Shown: in pieces, positions 58,742 to 64,000 of the stretch
Layout: every line of letters begins with the position of its first letter
How positions within the stretch are numbered: position 1 is the stretch's first letter
Source of the DNA: Nitrosopumilus sp.
GTDB lineage: Archaea > Thermoproteota > Nitrososphaeria > Nitrososphaerales > Nitrosopumilaceae
Assembly (NCBI GenBank): GCA_965207075.1
Contig: CBDBLO010000002.1
Location: forward strand, 1,888,001 to 1,952,000
Direction of reading: 5' to 3'
Length of the DNA stretch: 64,000 bases
Program-made: the position numbers and the translations under genes
The notes under the pieces: generated by a model
What the model saw: the letters and a program-made list of their open reading frames with translations, nothing else
The model's database searches: none
What the model was told of the DNA's origin: nothing

Positions 58742-59668
58742 ATGTCCGAATCAGAGGGAGACAATCCCAACCAAGGCGACGCCATGCCCGACATAGTTAC
58801 TACCATACAAGCACACATTGACAACATTCAAGCGACGCGCAACTCAAAGGTGTTGGTGCTGTTTTCATTTAGTCCTCTTGACGAATCAGTAGCCTTGTCC
58901 TTAAACAACGTATTGAGGAGAATGGGAAATATGGAAAAATTAGACGTCGTTCTGGAGTCTATGGGCGGAGACCTTGATTCTGCCTACAAGATGCTTCTAT
59001 TGCTCAAGTCATACGCCAAGACTGTCACAGTAATCGTTCCATTCTATGCCAAGAGTGCCGCCGCATTGATTGCATTGGGCGCTGATCAACTGCAACTGTG
59101 TCGGGCGGGTGAATTGGGACCGCTTGATCCTCAAATATTAGATACTACCTCCGATCAAATGGTTCCATCTTTTTCGATCAAGAAGATGGTTGACTTCATC
59201 ATAGATGTTGGCAACCCACTTGTACAAGTAAGTTTGGTTGACAAGCTCTCTCCCCTCCTGATTGGGGCCTACAGAGTTTCTGAAGAAACTTCAAAACAGT
59301 ATCTTCGTGAAATTTTTATGTCTAAGGAACTCAATAATGAAAAGATAGATGCACTAATCCCCGTATTTACCGAAAAACTGCTATCACATGGATACCCTAT
59401 AACTGAAAAATTTTTAGAGATGCATGGTGTACCCATAGTCAAGTTAGACGAATCAGAAGAGGCCGCATTTGCTGACATACACGCTAATCTAATCACATAC
59501 TACCGGAATGCGATGAAGAGTCGCAAGGATATGCACCTAGTACTACTAACGAATGACATGGTGTCTATAGACATAGACGGTACCAACATAACGTTTCCTT
59601 CGTATGATGTACCGCTGATCATGCAGGACAGTTCTTCCACGCAACAAGAACAAGCGCCCGAATCATAA
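58742..59668 (+). CDS. ClpP-class serine protease (SDH family)
   Basis: LESMGG, VPFYAKSAAALIALGAD, LGPLDPQ and SHGYPI motifs. Confidence 0.85.
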   Translation: MSESEGDNPNQGDAMPDIVTTIQAHIDNIQATRNSKVLVLFSFSPLDESVALSLNNVLRRMGNMEKLDVVLESMGGDLDSAYKMLLLLKSYAKTVTVIVPFYAKSAAALIALGADQLQLCRAGELGPLDPQILDTTSDQMVPSFSIKKMVDFIIDVGNPLVQVSLVDKLSPLLIGAYRVSEETSKQYLREIFMSKELNNEKIDALIPVFTEKLLSHGYPITEKFLEMHGVPIVKLDESEEAAFADIHANLITYYRNAMKSRKDMHLVLLTNDMVSIDIDGTNITFPSYDVPLIMQDSSSTQQEQAPES

Positions 59669-60040
59669 GTACACATCAATACTAGGCTAACAAATGCCCG
59701 ATTCTTGTGAATCCGGTTGCTAGACACATACTACCTACTCAAGGAGGACGTAGAGTCACTTCATCTTGACGGACAGGATAAATCGGAGTCTGGTCGTGTC
59801 AGTCAAGTTAAGTACTATGTTCTGCCTTGTCGCAGGCAGCTCGCATATGCAGAGCCATATTCCGTATACGCGTGCCCTTCAGAGAAGCCGCGCACGAGAC
59901 GTCAAGCATAGTCTGTGCGGTGGTTGGGGTGGAGGATCATGTTGGGATTGATCATGTCCGCGGCTTAGTCTCCCGCGATTACAGGAGCCCGCTCTTTGGG
60001 AAGGACGAAGGGTTGTACCACAGGCGCGCTCGCAGCCACG

Positions 60041-60493
60041 TCACGAATATTTCCGTATAATGTCGGATATGTGCATGTGGCATTTTTCATGTATGAGCGC
60101 ACGGCCCTTTCCGTAGATCTCCACCTTAGTTACGGAAAGCATTATCCGAGTCTCGTCACTAATGGATTTGGTTAAGACGATCGGAAGCACGCTTGGCCTG
60201 AGTCCCCCCAGGCAGTCTGTGCACATCTGTTCTGCGAATTTTGCGCCTGCGTTCAGTTGTTTTTGCACCTGCGTCGGGTCGACGTGTCCACTCTTAAGCT
60301 CACAGACACCCACCACGAGTTTCCCGTAGTCTGCAAACACAATGCAGTCGCACATGCTCTCTTGCTCACCAGAGCGATGTTCTTCTGCTTTTATGGCGAC
60401 GCAATGCGATCTGTCTGTCTTCAGCCCGCAATTCTGTTCCTTGCAAGATGCCTGCCACCCCCCATACTTTTCGCGTACCTGCTCAAGCGACAT
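60041..60493 (-). CDS. Small PD-(D/E)xK-like protein
   Basis: CDCIVF...VCELKS...VQKQL; 12 bp downstream of the ATPase gene. Confidence 0.65.
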   Translation of the reverse strand: MSLEQVREKYGGWQASCKEQNCGLKTDRSHCVAIKAEEHRSGEQESMCDCIVFADYGKLVVGVCELKSGHVDPTQVQKQLNAGAKFAEQMCTDCLGGLRPSVLPIVLTKSISDETRIMLSVTKVEIYGKGRALIHEKCHMHISDIIRKYS

Positions 60494-60505
60494 TTCCGCG
60501 TCCCC

Positions 60506-61993
60506 TTACGATGCGTTCTGTTCTATGATTATACGCCTGCGGTGCATCTTTTCAATCACTTTTACGAACTCGTCCAGGGATATTCCGTTGTCGACGGAGA
60601 ATTTTGTGGGCTTTGCGATGCTGCCGCCCTTGTCTGAGACTGCAAAGGTGTAGGGGGCCACCTCGTCCTCCAGCAGGTAGTCGTCCCTGTCAAAGCCGAG
60701 TTTCTTGCTTGTGGCCGCGTTGTCCTTGCCGCTCATTAAGAATTGGCTCAGTAGGCTCTGTACGAAAAAACTGTGCGTCGTGATCAGCACGTTGAGTCCT
60801 TTCCGTATCATCTTTACTATGTGGCGGGCCAGAATCATCTGCGCCTCCGGGTGCAGGTGCGCCTCCGGTTCCTCGAGTATGACAAGGTCGCCCTCGCGGA
60901 CCACGTGCTTGAGGTACAGAACCAGGATTGCAAGCTCGGACACCGTGGAAGACGTCCGGTGCAACGATATCGCGCTGTCGTTGTGATCATACGTTATCGT
61001 AGGGAACCGGGTTCGGGCGTCTGCAGTGTGGCCGATCCTTCCGTCCAGTATGGTCTCTTCGAGGCTGCTTGCAATGTCGCTGAACGGGCCCGTGGAAGAT
61101 GGCATTTCAATGATTGACGATATAAAGTCAGATGCGGCCCCGGGCAGTGTGGGAATTGCCATTCCTTCCACTCCTGCGTACGTCGCATTGGTGACGATGC
61201 CCGAGGTAATCGCCCGGTGTCCTTGTAAAATGCCCGATCTTGCAGCGGGAAGATAGTACGAGGCTGACGGCAGCTCGTAATCCACGTACTTTGATATGGA
61301 AAGTCCGAGGCGATAAACCACTTCTAGTGCTTGCTCCTCCGGGGATTCGGTGGGATCAACCCTGATCATCGAGAGTTTGTCCGAGTTATCGTCCATGGAA
61401 ATAGTCCGCCTGCGCCCTGCGCCTTTGAACGTTATTCTTCGCTTTAACTGGATCTTGGGGCAGTTTACGGTTGCGCTCTTCTTGCTGTGTATGCGAATCT
61501 CAACTCCGTTACTGGCGGCGATCTTCACGGAGAACGATCTTTTTCCCGTTCTGACCAGTTTGTCGCTGGCGTCACCGAAATTGCGCTCAATTTCGAGTTT
61601 TAGATCTTTGGCGTCCATCTCAAAATGCCCCCGTACCATTTCCTCGATTGTGTCTCCCGGTATCTCCGTGTCTTTTCCGGCATTGATCAGGCTGGACATC
61701 TTGGCCATCATGCGCTCTACGTCGTATTGCACGCTATAGCGCCTCGCATAAGAGAAGAGGGGCATATTGCTCTTTCCAGGCGAGGCACATGTCGACACGA
61801 TGGAGTGCAGGAGTAACGCCGCATAGGATTTGCCCGAGTTGTTTGGGCCACAAAATATGGTAAGCGGTTTGAGGGAGATTGACGCTTTTGCTATGGGGCC
61901 AAAGTCGCGTATGTCCACGGTCAGGTTCAGACGCGAGGATTTCTGCCCCGTTTTACCGGACAATGCATTTGCCATACGTTGGCGCCGTGCCAT
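60506..61993 (-). CDS. ABC-type (AAA_15/AAA_21-like) ATPase
   Basis: DFGPI, GPNNSGKS, YLPAARSG, EEPEAHLHP and ITTHS motifs. Confidence 0.88.
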   Translation of the reverse strand: MARRQRMANALSGKTGQKSSRLNLTVDIRDFGPIAKASISLKPLTIFCGPNNSGKSYAALLLHSIVSTCASPGKSNMPLFSYARRYSVQYDVERMMAKMSSLINAGKDTEIPGDTIEEMVRGHFEMDAKDLKLEIERNFGDASDKLVRTGKRSFSVKIAASNGVEIRIHSKKSATVNCPKIQLKRRITFKGAGRRRTISMDDNSDKLSMIRVDPTESPEEQALEVVYRLGLSISKYVDYELPSASYYLPAARSGILQGHRAITSGIVTNATYAGVEGMAIPTLPGAASDFISSIIEMPSSTGPFSDIASSLEETILDGRIGHTADARTRFPTITYDHNDSAISLHRTSSTVSELAILVLYLKHVVREGDLVILEEPEAHLHPEAQMILARHIVKMIRKGLNVLITTHSFFVQSLLSQFLMSGKDNAATSKKLGFDRDDYLLEDEVAPYTFAVSDKGGSIAKPTKFSVDNGISLDEFVKVIEKMHRRRIIIEQNAS

Positions 61994-62053
61994 GGCGCGT
62001 ATGGATGCTGCTGTTATTTATCTTAGCGTGCGAGGCGGGACGATCCCACACCA

Positions 62054-63535
62054 TCACGACCTTGGAATCTTGCGCCTGATCAGGAACCTCTCGCCGGGCA
62101 GATCCCTTATCAGGTCCCACCCCTCCGCGGTGCCTGCCAGCAGCTCGGCCTCGTCACCCACTATTTTGCTCTCAAAAGGGGACTGTCTAGGGATCTTGTT
62201 ATTGGCATCGACAACCGGGACGGCACCTGCCGCCTGCACTGCCGCCGCCCTTCTCCGCGCGCCAGAGGCGTTCTGATCCGTCTCCAGGGTAGCCGCGGAT
62301 GCCGCCGCATCACCATTGCGTCCCGCTCCGCCGTCCCGCGCGGATGCAGCCATAGCCTGCCGCAACGGCGGCACGTCTCGCGCTCCGTCCAGAGTCCCGC
62401 CTGCAATCATGGCGTCCGGATCCAGCCCGTACATCTTGGCCTGCTGCCTCCACATCCCGATTAGCATCTTGTGCTTGTCCTCTTCTGAATCGCGCATCTC
62501 ATCAGTGGACAGGAACGACTGGCTCTGCTCAAACGCGCGCCTCATATCCTCGGTCATCTGCTCCGTTAGCTTGCCCTTGTTTGTGGTGTATCGCGCCTCC
62601 ATGTCGCCCTTGTGCCCCATGAAGAACTGTCGGTACGCGTGCGTCATGCACCCGTGGCTCTCGGCAATCAGAAGCTGGCTATCAAAGTACGCCCTCAGGA
62701 CATAGGGCCGCGCCCGCATCACGCTCCTGATGACGGGCCGGATTGCGGCGCCCAGCGCGCCTGTTACCATGAACCTGCTGTCGTTCCTGCCCAGCTTGTC
62801 CCACCCCTTGAGGCGGTATCCGTGATCCAGCGTTACAAGCGGCGAGCCGGGCTTTAGGCGCTCGCCGTGCGCCATCCTCTCCCGCAGGTATCCCAGCACG
62901 TACTGGCAGCCCTCCTCTGCCAGAAACGTAAAGTACTTTTTTCGAATCTTGCTCAGCTTGGGCCTCACCACCACCATCGCAGGGGTCTTGGAAAAACGCG
63001 TGTCCGGCCCGTCTAGCACCAAATCGGGCAGATCCGAGAGTATCAGTCCGTCGCTCTTGTCTGCCAGCCCCATGACCTGCGGCCTCACCCCTGCAAAGGC
63101 CATCATGCTTATGATCACGCGGCATCGCGGGTCTGCTGCGTCAAGCATTTTCTTGAGCTGCTCCTTGTCCGGCACCTTCTCGTCCTGTATGCTCACCGGC
63201 ACGTCAGAGTCCGCTATCTTGATCTTGCGCCTGATCTCGATGTGGTTGTACTCCAGCCAAGACTTTACAGCTCCTATCACCCCTGCAGTGTACCCGGGGG
63301 CGTACTTTTTCTCCTCCATCCACGACACGTGGTCCAGCAGCACGTTTTCGACCTTCATCGGATCATCCCTCCCGGTCTGCGACAGCTCGTGCGGCGTCAT
63401 CCCGACCCTAGAGCAGAACAGGTTCAGGCGCCTGAGCCTGACGCTGCACGTGATGGCGCTGGACCTGCGCATGTTGTCGTACCACCGCCTTACGTCGGGA
63501 TCGTTCAGCAGTGCCTTTGGGGGATCGTCTGTCAT
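62054..63535 (-). CDS. Tyrosine recombinase/integrase of element 2 (frame stays open upstream across the att site to 63856)
   Basis: AFAGVRPQ (R), LSK, PYVLRAYF, FFMGH and EARYT (Y). Conservative start MTDDPP at 63535 has a TATA-like CTTAAA about 30 nt upstream. Confidence 0.9.
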   Translation of the reverse strand: MTDDPPKALLNDPDVRRWYDNMRRSSAITCSVRLRRLNLFCSRVGMTPHELSQTGRDDPMKVENVLLDHVSWMEEKKYAPGYTAGVIGAVKSWLEYNHIEIRRKIKIADSDVPVSIQDEKVPDKEQLKKMLDAADPRCRVIISMMAFAGVRPQVMGLADKSDGLILSDLPDLVLDGPDTRFSKTPAMVVVRPKLSKIRKKYFTFLAEEGCQYVLGYLRERMAHGERLKPGSPLVTLDHGYRLKGWDKLGRNDSRFMVTGALGAAIRPVIRSVMRARPYVLRAYFDSQLLIAESHGCMTHAYRQFFMGHKGDMEARYTTNKGKLTEQMTEDMRRAFEQSQSFLSTDEMRDSEEDKHKMLIGMWRQQAKMYGLDPDAMIAGGTLDGARDVPPLRQAMAASARDGGAGRNGDAAASAATLETDQNASGARRRAAAVQAAGAVPVVDANNKIPRQSPFESKIVGDEAELLAGTAEGWDLIRDLPGERFLIRRKIPRS

Positions 63536-63764
63536 TCTGTTCCAGCTGCGTAGCTCCGAATCCGATTTAAGGGCCGAATTGTCATCTGGGCTTCCGCCTG
63601 TCGACGGATGGGTTCTTTTTGACTTGGGGTCTGGTGTGCGGGGTTTAGCCGCCGGATCTACGGGGCGCGTCGCGCCGGGCCCCCTGCCCCGTCCTTTGTG
63701 GCGCGGGTTTGTTTTTGGCCCTGTGCTGTTGCGCTTGTCATGATTGCGCGCGTTCGCGCCAAGC

Positions 63765-63784
63765 CCCTTTAGACCCGCTACCAT
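63765..63784 (+). repeat. att copy of the tRNA-Lys 3' end
   Basis: CCCTTTAGACCCGCTACCAT matches 24275-24294 at 19 of 20 positions. Confidence 0.88.
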
Positions 63785-64000
63785 CGTTTTCGAGTCAATT
63801 TCAACGCGAACTCTGCTGTCTGGATCCGTACCTGTCAACGTGCAGATTCGGGGCAAAGTGAGATTTAACCTGCTGGTTGAGTTCGAGTTACTTTCGATTC
63901 GAACTCTCTGGGGCGTAGGTTCCGGGATTACACGCCGGACACGGCATCCGCCAATGCTTGCGATGTTCTAGATACGTTGGGAAGTCTGCATGTTACATGC

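Larger units (their letters stand above)
46648..63778. mobile_element. Integrated element 2 (about 17.1 kb), tandem with element 1
   Basis: Bounded by CCCTTTAGACCCGC at 46648 and 63765; integrase at the right end; mirror copy of the element 1 core module. Confidence 0.82.

Noticed and set aside
24275-63778. Provirus or self-transmissible conjugative element
   Set aside because: No recognisable capsid, portal or terminase genes, and no membrane mating-pore (VirB4/VirB6-like) gene set.

Overview
Chromosomal window from a GC-rich ammonia-oxidising archaeon (Nitrososphaerota/Thaumarchaeota, Nitrosopumilaceae-like). This is inferred from gene content and order; the many Ala/Gly/Ser low-complexity insertions hint at a host-associated lineage. 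Bases 1-24.3 kb are core genome: the nuoABCDHIJKML(N) complex I operon, peroxiredoxin, tRNA-Pro, the three-subunit acetyl/propionyl-CoA carboxylase, RFC large subunit, IMPase/FBPase, Zn-ADH, ferredoxin-NADP reductase, a HemA-like paralogue, tRNA-Asp and tRNA-Lys(TTT). From tRNA-Lys onward the window is a tandem array of integrated elements, delimited by three direct copies of the tRNA 3' end CCCTTTAGACCCGC (24275, 46648, 63765). Element 1 (about 22.4 kb) and element 2 (about 17.1 kb) have different tyrosine integrases but share, in mirror orientation, a core module I do not recognise as a described system. It comprises a ParM/StbA-like actin, a large VirD4/HerA-like ATPase fused to a wHTH plus PD-(D/E)xK-like domain, a convergent AbrB-fold protein, a helically phased TGCA-N5-TGCA box array and a conserved GC hairpin segment. 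Both elements also carry 44-48 bp palindromes whose arms change together. Cargo is mostly defence-like (McrBC, MORC ATPase plus two methyltransferases, OLD nuclease plus UvrD, ABC ATPase plus small nuclease, ClpP-class protease), plus an IS630 and a large secreted metzincin-cupredoxin protein. All family calls come from reading motifs by eye; no database search was run.
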